64,000 bases of DNA from Pseudomonadota bacterium (GCA_043825875.1 JBDRRF010000045.1:1-64000); one strand, 5' to 3'; shown: positions 18,429 through 27,450, numbered from the stretch's first letter. The notes: generated by a model from the sequence alone, not told the origin. Program-made: numbers and translations.

Positions 18429-18579
18429 AATAATCCCTCCTCTATTATTCTCCCCTCGCTTTATAATTTTATGTGTGGGTGGGAGTGGAGGGGCACTCTT
18501 TTCAGCAAGGGAATGACCCTTGCCTAACCCACACACATTGTTTCCTGCTCAATTATAAATGCAGGATTTTCTAAAAGTA

Positions 18580-18840
18580 TTATTCTGCATTTGTTTCTTG
18601 TCTTGAAATATCTTCATTGGCTTTTTTTACCGCAACGGGTAGAAGAAAACCTATGTCCTGATATTCTTTTATCTTAATGATGAGATGTATTTGGTCTTGT
18701 GTATAGCGCCGATAAGACCTTTCACCGCATACAATACGCTCCGGCTCCGGGATATATTTACTCTCCCAGCTCCTTAATTTCTTCAGGCTTACACCGGTTT
18801 TCTTTGATGCATCACCGATTGAATAGGTTTGACTTTTCAT
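18580..18840 (-). CDS. MerR-family HTH DNA-binding protein
   Basis: YSIGDASKKTGVSLKKLRSWE...PER...YRRYTQDQI...GFLL: MerR HTH without an effector domain. Confidence 0.88.
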   Translation of the reverse strand: MKSQTYSIGDASKKTGVSLKKLRSWESKYIPEPERIVCGERSYRRYTQDQIHLIIKIKEYQDIGFLLPVAVKKANEDISRQETNAE

Positions 18841-18983
18841 AATTAACCTCCTTGAAAGTATTATTCGGGAAATGTTGTTCCCTATACTGTTAGGGAGGTT
18901 AGTTTATTCCTATTAGAGGGATGTTTTTCTTATGCTTATAAAATAAAAGGTAGGTTATGCATATCCAGATAGATTTACAGAAA

Positions 18984-19430
18984 AGACCGTCCATACCATT
19001 TTAAACGACCGGATTTCTGCAATGTAAATACAAGCAGTTGGACGATGTGGACGGTCTGGACGATGATTTTTATCAATAAGATAAATTCAATATATGTCTT
19101 CCTGATCATCATCACTGGTGAAATCTTTCTCAATTCTTAAACGTTCTCTTTCCTCTTCGGCAATTTGTTCAGACAAAGCACCAAACATGGCAATGTTCTC
19201 CCATCCAATGTCGATTGTATCGTGATTTGTCATGCAATCCTGTTCTTCGAAATCCGGACTGTCATCATATTCAAAATCACCATCATCAAAACAGTCATCA
19301 TTCATAAAGTCATCCATAACTTCCTCCACTTATTTGTAATTATAGACCGCCCAAATACAACCAGATCGCCCAAAATACTATATGTAAATACAAGAACTTG
19401 GACGATATGGACGGTCTGGACGATGTTTTT
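18984..19430. repeat. Two ~85-bp direct repeats exactly 360 bp apart, each with three tandem TGGACGRTN units
   Basis: ATGTAAATACAAG at 19022 and 19382; TTGGACGAT(G/A)TGGACGGTCTGGACGATG at 19038 and 19398; upstream AGACCG(T/C)CCA at 18984 and 19344, inverted to the middle unit. Confidence 0.85.
19087..19329 (-). CDS. Acidic hypothetical protein
   Basis: 80-aa Asp/Glu-rich ORF lying between the two direct repeats; start uncertain. Confidence 0.6.
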   Translation of the reverse strand: MEEVMDDFMNDDCFDDGDFEYDDSPDFEEQDCMTNHDTIDIGWENIAMFGALSEQIAEEERERLRIEKDFTSDDDQEDIY

Positions 19431-19442
19431 TTATTTATTTAT

Positions 19443-19634
19443 TTAATAACCGCACTGGCTGCAAATTATTTTAAATTTCTTGCCGTTGTAAATTGTGATA
19501 TCATTTCCAAGGTAACTCCCAAAAGTTACATGGTGGCCACAATCTAATACAAACTTTTTATCTTTAAGCACTTCCTGAAGTATGTCTCTTAATAATTGTG
19601 GCTCCTGATATTCTTTCATTTGTTTTTTTGTCAT
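19443..19634 (-). CDS. Small Cys/His (Zn-binding-like) hypothetical protein
   Basis: LDCGHHVT...IICSQCGY; RBS CAGGAGG before ATG 19634. Confidence 0.7.
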   Translation of the reverse strand: MTKKQMKEYQEPQLLRDILQEVLKDKKFVLDCGHHVTFGSYLGNDITIYNGKKFKIICSQCGY

Positions 19635-19714
19635 AATGACCTCCTGTAAATACAAAGAGCCCGCAAGGTCAGACCTTGAGAGCTCTTATAGTTGAATGAA
19701 TTTTGTTTGTCTGT

Positions 19715-20518
19715 TTACGCAGCTATCCGGTTTGCATTCTCTTTTTCTTCAATACTGCCGTTTAAGATGAGATTTAAGACCTTTTCAGTTTCGGAGATGA
19801 CCTTCAGGCAAGCGCTATACGGGTTTAATTTGATTTCTCCGGCATACCTTTCAATGTATCTGTACGAATTGCCCAAGGTGTCATTTTGTTGCTTGCCTAC
19901 CAATTTACACAAAATGGCTGCACAAAGCTCGGCTACGATTTCCTGTAAAGCATCCTGGCCGTTTACCAATCTGCCTTTGATTTTTCCGTGACCAGCATGG
20001 CTGAGCTCATGAAAGAATACTTTTTCTTCAGGTGTAGCTAAGCTTATCTCTTTTCTTTCTTGGAAATAGACTCCATGAAAGCGATATCTTCCCGGTATGG
20101 CTTTAACAGAAATTCCCCATTCTTTTGCTCTTTCTAATAAAGGAAAATCAGGAACCTCTATTTTTTCATACTCCAGGGGCTCGCCATCCGTATCTTCCAC
20201 ACGAAAAACCGGCTTGCACCCGAATCCATAAAGCATCTGCCTTTCATCATCGCTATCAGCCACTTTTTTGATAAAGGGAACCAGAATATACAGGGCAGTA
20301 CTTCCTTTTTTTACATAGCGGTTTACCTGTTTCCATTGACGATAGCCTCTTGCATCGCTTGTGCCTCCGAAAAACATCAGCATCCTGTTTAGAAGCGACC
20401 ATTTGGCACACGGAATATCAGGGATGGGATATAGTGAATAACTTATAGCCTCCGGTATATCTCCGTCTCTGAACCTTTCCAGGACAGATTTTAAAACCTC
20501 TTTTACTTTTGAGTTCAT
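19715..20518 (-). CDS. ArdC-like antirestriction / ssDNA-binding protein with HExxH domain
   Basis: WSLLNRML...ARGYRQWKQVNRYVKKGSTALYILVP...PVFRVEDTDG (ArdC N-domain); FFHELSH...QEIVAE (metalloprotease-like). Confidence 0.8.
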   Translation of the reverse strand: MNSKVKEVLKSVLERFRDGDIPEAISYSLYPIPDIPCAKWSLLNRMLMFFGGTSDARGYRQWKQVNRYVKKGSTALYILVPFIKKVADSDDERQMLYGFGCKPVFRVEDTDGEPLEYEKIEVPDFPLLERAKEWGISVKAIPGRYRFHGVYFQERKEISLATPEEKVFFHELSHAGHGKIKGRLVNGQDALQEIVAELCAAILCKLVGKQQNDTLGNSYRYIERYAGEIKLNPYSACLKVISETEKVLNLILNGSIEEKENANRIAA

Positions 20519-20682
20519 TCTTCATTCTCCTCTTTCAGAGTTAATTGTGATAGCTTACCTATTTCTATCCTGTATTTTTGAGCACATTCTGGACAGATAC
20601 CGTGGGATACAGGGAATTCTGCATTACCTTGTTTTTCACCCATAGGTTTTTTGCACCATGCACATATAATTTGAGTTGACAA
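20515..20682 (-). CDS. 55-aa zinc-finger microprotein (below ORF-track cut-off)
   Basis: TTG start after RBS AAGGAGG; MSTQIICAWCKKPMGEKQGNAEFPVSHGICPECAQKYRIEIGKLSQLTLKEENEE*; stop overlaps the ArdC-like ATG (ATGA). Confidence 0.8.
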   Translation of the reverse strand: MSTQIICAWCKKPMGEKQGNAEFPVSHGICPECAQKYRIEIGKLSQLTLKEENEE

Positions 20683-20765
20683 AGTTGGCCTCCTTAAAAT
20701 GGAAAACCCCGGCCACCATAAGGCAACCAGGGTTGTTAATTTTGAATAGATTATAACTACGAAGG

Positions 20766-21668
20766 CTATCTTCTTTTCAGCCAGTCGATAAGGCTGGAAG
20801 CATCGCCTTTGCTAATGTGATCCAATACGCGACCATAGGTCTTCACGCAGTACTCGTTTACTTCCTGCTCGCTTATTCCGGCCTTATCAACCAGGTCCAT
20901 GATGTATTTGTACTGATTGCCAGTGATCCCGACATTGTCTGAACCATTGCCGTTTTTGGGATAATTATTATCTGCGGACTGATTTGATGGCTTCTGTGAA
21001 GACTGTCTTTCAGATTCAGGTGGAATGTCGTTTCGGGCAGCATCAATCATATCTTCTATATCTTGTGTGAAAAGTTCCGAAAGACCTGCTACCCGCAAGG
21101 TAGCGTCGATGTGCGCGGATTTCTCGGCCATTTTAAAGCTTTTGTTAATGTCGCTATCGTCCTGAAGAATACGTCTTGCTCCGGTGCCCTCCCCGGCCAC
21201 AAATCCGCTTCCGGTGTGAAGCTCACACTTTAGAATTATTACTTTGATATCTTCTCCTCGCATTGAAGCATTTTCATATTCTTTCAGATTGGGAAACCTG
21301 GGGATCAGTCCGAGCATGCCACAGATTTTCTCAGCACCTGGTTTCCAGAGCGATGGTTTGCTCCAATGCCTTGGATCAATGCATTCATTAGCGCGCCCAT
21401 CTTTGGCCAGTCGGCATTTGTCTTTTCCGAAAACATGAATCTGGCCATAATCGATGCCTAATTCAAGATTGGATTTTATCCATTGCAAAATAGCATTTCG
21501 GTTGGCTTCTCGGCGCATGAGAGCCTCAGAGAAACGCTCTGTCGGAATATCCATCGGATACACGGGCTTTATGATGGGAATAGCCTCTGCGCTTTCCTGG
21601 TTGAATTCAGGGGGCAATAGTACTTCTGTGTTGTTGTGTGTTTTCATATTTTGATTTTGATGTAACAT
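20766..21668 (-). CDS. Phage-type hypothetical protein, possible ssDNA-annealing/recombination protein
   Basis: GIDYG...KPSLWKPGAEKI...GEGTG..NKSFKMAEKSAHIDA..LSELFTQDIED, linker, then C-terminal ITGNQYKYI..ISKGDASSLID domain. Function inferred. RBS AAAGGAG. Confidence 0.6.
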   Translation of the reverse strand: MLHQNQNMKTHNNTEVLLPPEFNQESAEAIPIIKPVYPMDIPTERFSEALMRREANRNAILQWIKSNLELGIDYGQIHVFGKDKCRLAKDGRANECIDPRHWSKPSLWKPGAEKICGMLGLIPRFPNLKEYENASMRGEDIKVIILKCELHTGSGFVAGEGTGARRILQDDSDINKSFKMAEKSAHIDATLRVAGLSELFTQDIEDMIDAARNDIPPESERQSSQKPSNQSADNNYPKNGNGSDNVGITGNQYKYIMDLVDKAGISEQEVNEYCVKTYGRVLDHISKGDASSLIDWLKRR

Positions 21669-21763
21669 AGTAAGTTCTCCTTTTGATTTGTTTGGGTTTA
21701 GAAATGCAAAAGGCGCTGTCTGTATGACACCACCTTTCATGAATTGTTGGTTATGGTTACTGG

Positions 21764-21985
21764 TTAATTACGAATAGTACTTTCCTTCTTGCTGTGATCG
21801 TTAAAAGAGCACTCATGGCACTTTAATTTGTCCCGACAGGCAGCGCAGACCATGTTTCTATCCAGGATCTGTGGCAGATAATCGAACACCATTTCAATGC
21901 TTTGTGTCATTGGAACTCCAAGTGCCCAGGCAATACGTCTTAAGGCGCTTGAGGACTTCATAGTTAATTCCGGCGTGTAAGCCAT
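21764..21985 (-). CDS. Hypothetical protein with C-terminal Cys cluster
   Basis: MAYTPEL..LRRIAWALGVPMT...VCAACRDKLKCHECSF; RBS AAGGAGGTG. Confidence 0.7.
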   Translation of the reverse strand: MAYTPELTMKSSSALRRIAWALGVPMTQSIEMVFDYLPQILDRNMVCAACRDKLKCHECSFNDHSKKESTIRN

Positions 21986-22067
21986 AATTTCACCTCCTTT
22001 AAAAACAAAAAAACCATCTGCCTGCGTGGGCAAAATGGCTCCTGATAAATGATTATGTTTATTCGCT

Positions 22068-22628
22068 TCAGGCTATTTCATCGTATGCCTTTTGGATGAG
22101 CCCATTGTCTGCAAAACTGTAATAACGATCATCCTCCATGTTGATGATTAGATGTTCAAGCACGTGAATGCCGATAATCTTTGCTGCCTGAACAATAGTT
22201 TTAGTTGTGGCAATATCTTCTGGTGATGGCGCGGTATCATTACTTGGGTGATTGTGACAAAGTATAAGCGCCGCCGAATTCGCTATTATAGCGGGTTTCA
22301 GAACTTCCCTAGGCTGAACCACTGTTGATGTTAAAGCGCCAGTTGAAACGATGTTCAATCCGATAATAACGTTCTTGGCATTCAGCATTAGCACACAGAA
22401 CTGCTCTCGGTCTGACTGGCCATACTCCTCTATCAGCTTGCGAACAATTGGCCGTGCCTGAGCGGAATTGGACAGACTGCACTGCTCAAAAGAAACACTT
22501 CCATCTTTGACAAGGGATACACGGTAGGTTGAAATAAACCTGGAATTATTAAAGTTGTTGGCCGGGGCTTCAAAGATGTTCTGCTGTATCATTCTTTTCG
22601 AGCCCTTGTTGAAGCTATTTTCTTTCAT
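22068..22628 (-). CDS. radC: RadC-like JAB/MPN domain protein
   Basis: DREQFCVLMLNAKN, VQPREVLKPAI, ILCHNHPSND..PSPEDI, IHVLEHLII; RBS GAAAGGAG. Confidence 0.92.
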   Translation of the reverse strand: MKENSFNKGSKRMIQQNIFEAPANNFNNSRFISTYRVSLVKDGSVSFEQCSLSNSAQARPIVRKLIEEYGQSDREQFCVLMLNAKNVIIGLNIVSTGALTSTVVQPREVLKPAIIANSAALILCHNHPSNDTAPSPEDIATTKTIVQAAKIIGIHVLEHLIINMEDDRYYSFADNGLIQKAYDEIA

Positions 22629-22972
22629 AAAACATCTCCTTTCATAATATAGTTTGTTAATAACCTTGTTGAATTGAAGTAATAGACTTTCTTTCAACGC
22701 AAAAAAGCGATCTGCCGAAATGACAAATCGCCCTTCATTGCTGGTTTATGAATTGTGGTTACTGGATTGGTTCAGATGGATATGTGAAAAGACGGGGTGG
22801 GGCGATAAAGTATAGAAATCCGAACTCTCTTCTATTTCATTATATGGGTTGTGGGCACTATAAATTTTTGGCTGTTTAAAAGTCCGACCATCATAAATAT
22901 CTGAATATATTATTATTACTTGGTTTGAAGTAAATGGCAATACTTAACAGTAAGACAGGGGAAGCCATATTC

Positions 22973-23167
22973 TTAAGATTTGTTTGAGCCTAAATTTCTT
23001 AACCAAGAGAATATCGCAGGTATACCACGAAAGATAAGTACAATAATAAGTGCGACAATTAATCCCATCATCCACATTGTTGCTTCGATAATAAAATCTA
23101 TCACTATGAATAAACAACAAAATCCGGCGAAAATACCATAAAACAACTTTAATATCAAATCTGCCAT
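22973..23167 (-). CDS. Small membrane protein
   Basis: 64 aa, two hydrophobic segments, RBS AAAGGGGG. Confidence 0.5.
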   Translation of the reverse strand: MADLILKLFYGIFAGFCCLFIVIDFIIEATMWMMGLIVALIIVLIFRGIPAIFSWLRNLGSNKS

Positions 23168-23272
23168 AATATCCCCCTTTAATTATATTGTTTTAAACAT
23201 TGATATGAAGTAAACGAATTCCAGGTAAATTAGTGGTACTACCTATTTTCCATAGAAGAATTAGAAATATGT

Positions 23273-23410
23273 AACTTTACGAAGGCTGCTGAAGAAAAGA
23301 ATGCAGAAAATTTGTTTATAATCAGGAATAAAAATTTAGCAAAGATTTATACGGGTAACTGGTATAAGCACAAAGAGCATTCTGAAGAGTATAGGGGAAG
23401 GTTGAATTGA
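23273..23410 (+). pseudogene. C-terminal remnant of a phospholipase D-family endonuclease (Nuc-like)
   Basis: Translates NFTKAAEEKNAENLFIIRNKNLAKIYTGNWYKHKEHSEEYRGRLN*, the post-HKD tail of Nuc. No HKD motif is evident upstream. Confidence 0.7.
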
Positions 23411-23564
23411 TAATTATTTTTGGTTGCTGTAGATATCATATTTTATGCTAACAATTCTTTAATGTTAGGAAATCGCCAGAATTGAGAAGTATAGGTTGAA
23501 AGAGAGTAACGGCCGCACCATAGGAGAAACTCGCCTCAGTGTCATAGATGATTACGCGGTCAGG

Positions 23565-24647
23565 TTAATCGGATTTTTCTGATAGCATTGATATTAATAA
23601 CTTTGGGTCCAGGCTGGATATATTTTCATCCAAAAGAATCTGACAACCTTGCTCAACCAAACTAATAAAATCTTGTGCATCAGAAAAATAGTTTTTAAAT
23701 GCAAAGCGAACTTCTTCTGATGTATCAGCTTTTACCAAAACTATATCTTTTTCCGGATGATTTTTTTCTAACTCAAATAATGAGCGTAGTGCTTCAGGGC
23801 CACTTTTATACGTTTTTATTTCTAGCTCTCCTGATTTAGAAAAAATCAGTATGGCATTTTTATTTTCAGAGACAGTTGCCTTCGTAGAATTTAAACCTCT
23901 CAACATGTTTAATAAATTAATTGATTTTTCTAATGCAAGAAATTCTTTGACCAAATCGATGTCTGGCATATTTGGAAATGGACCAGGCATATTTTCATAT
24001 GAACGTGTCAATATCTCACTTGCGAGGGCCATCGCTTTTTGATATCTCTTGTCCCCTTTCTCGAACTTGGGTTGACTTAACGTAATAAAACCAATTACCT
24101 CAACAGCAGTAGCCCAAGCATGTTGAATAGCTGTGCGATATTGTATTTCTACAAGGAGCCCTTTTAGGTGCTTCCCAAACTCAGAATTAACATCGTATGA
24201 GTAAACATCATGAATACCCCTGTATCCTGAATATTTCGGTTTTTTTATATAATCATATTTGTCTAAATCATTTTTCCTTTTGTGATGGAATCGTGCATTG
24301 TGAAAAGTCTCACGAAAATTATAGAGAGAAGTAGTATCCTTAAATATAAGACGGCATCCTGCTACATCATCCATCCTCGATAGTTTCATTCCAGGAAGAC
24401 GTGAAAGTTTACCGAAAATTGTTGTCCTTCGTTTATGTCTTTGTGCCACAGTAATGTTTTTGCCTCGAGTTCGCTTACGTAAGATTGCTTGGAATGTATT
24501 TAAAACAGCACGATGAGCAGCCCTCCATTCCTCTATGATGCTATAATCTATAATATTTAATATATCTTTGCGAATATTATTCCCCGCTCGATCAACTCTA
24601 GATTTTGAACCACCGGGAAATTTCTTTTCTTTTGTTTTTTCTATCAT
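23565..24647 (-). CDS. RelA/SpoT (toxSAS) domain protein with C-terminal antitoxin-like domain; CapRel-like
   Basis: SKSRVDRAG, WRAAH, VAQRHKR..TIFGKL, RMDDVAGCR, YIKKPKYSGYRGIH, VEIQYRTAIQHAWATAVE; C-terminal DIVLVKA..EVRFAFKNYFSD. Confidence 0.8.
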   Translation of the reverse strand: MIEKTKEKKFPGGSKSRVDRAGNNIRKDILNIIDYSIIEEWRAAHRAVLNTFQAILRKRTRGKNITVAQRHKRRTTIFGKLSRLPGMKLSRMDDVAGCRLIFKDTTSLYNFRETFHNARFHHKRKNDLDKYDYIKKPKYSGYRGIHDVYSYDVNSEFGKHLKGLLVEIQYRTAIQHAWATAVEVIGFITLSQPKFEKGDKRYQKAMALASEILTRSYENMPGPFPNMPDIDLVKEFLALEKSINLLNMLRGLNSTKATVSENKNAILIFSKSGELEIKTYKSGPEALRSLFELEKNHPEKDIVLVKADTSEEVRFAFKNYFSDAQDFISLVEQGCQILLDENISSLDPKLLISMLSEKSD

Positions 24648-24996
24648 AATCGCTACCCATGTTAGGCCGAATGTGGCATTATCTCTATCGGTGCCAACTA
24701 TGTATTGAATAGTTTCTTTTCAATAACAGAAAAATTTTAGGCTGTTGATATCCAATTAAAATTATACGACAAATCTATTTAATATAATTGATATTATTAA
24801 ACTTGTTCAAAATGCATTATATAATCTTAGGGAGTTAACTGTACAATGCCGATGCTGTCTGTTCTGATTAGATTCGGTAATTTATTATCATGATTTCCGT
24901 TAGAAATCTACAAGTTTCATGAGAATGCACAATTTACTTCTTTCAGGAAGTTATATTGCATGCCATTATTCCAAATATAGCCAAAGTTAAAAAAAA

Positions 24997-26130
24997 CTAA
25001 TCGTCATCCGGTCCTGATGCACTTAATATTGCAATGATAGGAAGATGATCACTTATAGTATTATAAAATACTTTCCCATCTGAGACTGAACCCATGACAT
25101 CAAGGACTTCCGGGTTACAAATTATTTCTGAACTTGCAGCCTTGTCGTATATGACTAAATGATCATATAAATTGCTTGTTCTTTGGCCATCGCTGTTTAG
25201 TGTAGACCCTGAGCCCTGTGTATTTATATGAAAGGAAACTAAATCGTTTAATTGATTAGGCTTTAAGTTAAAATCTCCAGCAATAAACAAGTCTTTTTCT
25301 CCAGGTCTTGAATTTGCCATCGATTTAAACACCTCATTGATATGTCTGACTTCATCTGATATTTCGCTAATATTACCGCAACTCCAGCGGGCATGATATG
25401 CAGCAATAAGAAAATCCACTCCAATAGATGTATTATTCACCGGTACTTCAAAACAGAAAAAAGCTGGTTCCCGTGAAAACATATCATTACCATAGCTATT
25501 CCCACTGCCATCGTTGTCCTTGTGATATATTAAATTATTCCATCCGGTACATGGCCGAATAATGGAAGACCGATAAAGAATTGCATAGTACTCTGAATTA
25601 CTATCTTCATTATTTGGGCGAGGATTGTTTGTAATTATACCCACCCAATTAGAGCCTAATGCGGTTAAGAGGCTATTATATCCAGGATGCACATGCTGTT
25701 TCTGCATAACTTCTATTACTACTACGATATCAAAGTTAGCTTCAATAATCTGTGCCAAAACAGCATAATTCTTATTATTCCCATGACCGAGCTTCTTAAT
25801 ATTCCAAGAACCAAGCCGAATTGTTTTCTCATATTCCACAGTGCCATGGATTAAATCAGACCAAGCCTTACTGACATATCCTTGAGTTCCATTATTCAGT
25901 TTTACCCGATACCAATAGGGGACAACGTCAAGTAATGAGGCAGATTCATCCGGCTTTAACTTCCCGACTACCTGACTATTAGTACTGGGTTCTCCACGAA
26001 CATTCAGGCGGCTTGTTACCCTGTCATTCGGAACAATTTGATCAGCTTGGGCAATGACTGCAATTGAAATAAAAATTGAAAGGATAAAACAGGCAGGTAT
26101 TTTATTAAAAATTCTACTAAATAATTTCAT
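24997..26130 (-). CDS. Secreted SH3 + endonuclease/exonuclease/phosphatase (DNase I-like) protein
   Basis: Signal peptide ending AQA; SH3b LNVRGEPSTNSQVVGKL..WYRVKLNNGTQGYVSKAW; EEP motifs GSWNI, FDIVVVIEV, FSREP, AGDFN, YDHL, SDHLP. Confidence 0.88.
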   Translation of the reverse strand: MKLFSRIFNKIPACFILSIFISIAVIAQADQIVPNDRVTSRLNVRGEPSTNSQVVGKLKPDESASLLDVVPYWYRVKLNNGTQGYVSKAWSDLIHGTVEYEKTIRLGSWNIKKLGHGNNKNYAVLAQIIEANFDIVVVIEVMQKQHVHPGYNSLLTALGSNWVGIITNNPRPNNEDSNSEYYAILYRSSIIRPCTGWNNLIYHKDNDGSGNSYGNDMFSREPAFFCFEVPVNNTSIGVDFLIAAYHARWSCGNISEISDEVRHINEVFKSMANSRPGEKDLFIAGDFNLKPNQLNDLVSFHINTQGSGSTLNSDGQRTSNLYDHLVIYDKAASSEIICNPEVLDVMGSVSDGKVFYNTISDHLPIIAILSASGPDDD

Positions 26131-26188
26131 TGTTATTTGATTACTCGTAGTTTGTGGGTTTTCAGCAGCTTTTTCCATAGCTCTAAAA

Positions 26189-27211
26189 TTATGATTGAAG
26201 AAGCTTTGTCAGCATCCATATTATTTTCACCTGAAATAATCTGGCAAGATATTGCGGTAAAATCTTCTCACGCAGATATTTTGCAAGAGCTATCAACACT
26301 TCTTCATTTCGGAGTTTGTGTCTTCCAAAAGGAAGTTCAAAGTCTTTGCTATCTACTCGAACCTGTATATGAGGGATTTTAAAATCATTTCGTAAATCAA
26401 AAGAAAAAAGATTATATTTATTTGTTACCAGTACACGGTTTTGATAAATCTCATAAATATTTGTTCCAAGTCCGATCACAGACTGATATCTGATCCCTTG
26501 TAAAACAAAGTCATAAAAACGTCCGAACCGCTCTGTTATAGATGTCCATTCCCCGCTAATTACTCGGATGATAACTGCCAACTCAGGCGAATCCAATTTT
26601 TCTCCTTTTAACTCTAAGAGGTAGATCTTAATGGGCAGGTACCGAACATATCTATCCAATATATCTGCAAGCTGATTAACTTCATTTTTTACGGAATCTG
26701 ATTTTGTGAATGTGATTGCAATTATAGTTCCTGACTTTGGTATTACAGGCTCGATACTCTCGATTTTTATAGCTTCATCATTTAGCAGATTTCCGGCCTT
26801 TAAGCGCCAACATTCGAAACCAGTAGATGTCGTCATTTCAAAGCCACATTGTCCCGGCATTGCCGCAACACTGAGCTTTCCTATACCATGGCGACCGATT
26901 ACTTTATTATAATTTTGCTTTTTTACAGATCTGTAAATGGTACAGTAATCAATGACTCCATTCCTGTCCATAACGTTCCTATCATCTTCAACAGTTATTA
27001 TAATATTATTTTCATTTTCTGTTCCTGTTATCCAGCAATGACTTGCTCCTGCATTATAAGAATTTACTACCAACTCCCTGATGTATTCCCTTGGATTTGC
27101 GAACTACGAGCACATATCTTCCTTAAGTCTTTTCCTGTCAAGCTGAATTCCTTTTTCAATAAGTTCATACAATTCATTTCCCAGCTCATTTTTATTAACT
27201 TTATCTTTCAT
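26189..27211 (-). pseudogene. GHKL (Hsp90/MORC-like) ATPase pseudogene
   Basis: ATG 27211 with RBS AAGGAG gives MKDKVN...EDMCS*FANPREYIRELVVNSYNAGA (in-frame TAG at 27104-27106), then VEDDRNVMD and IGRHGIGKLS motifs; abrupt C-terminal end. Confidence 0.75.
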
Positions 27212-27450
27212 TATAATACTCCTTTTACTCCAAAACATAATAAACAAAAATTTATGCCACTCAAAGACAACTGAATATGCCTCAAATATAAGCCGCTGGT
27301 TTTTATTATGCGTTGATTGAAAGCAATTATTTTTATGTGGTATTCATTATTGTCTCTTTCTATATTTGAAGTGGTTTAATTTAAACGGACACTATGCTAA
27401 GAGCGAAAAACAAGAAAGCGAGGTGTCTAATGAGCAAAGACCTAAAAAGA

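Noticed and set aside
23510..23520. CGGCCGCACCA as attR of the tRNA-Leu island
   Set aside because: Only GCACCA matches the tRNA 3' end; too short to be meaningful.
23504..24700. attC-like sites (TAAC-GGCCGC...GCGGTC-AG-GTTA at ~23507-23567; GTTAGGC at 24661) suggesting the CapRel-like gene is an integron cassette
   Set aside because: Pairing is weak, there is no second complete site and no integron integrase; would need IntegronFinder support.
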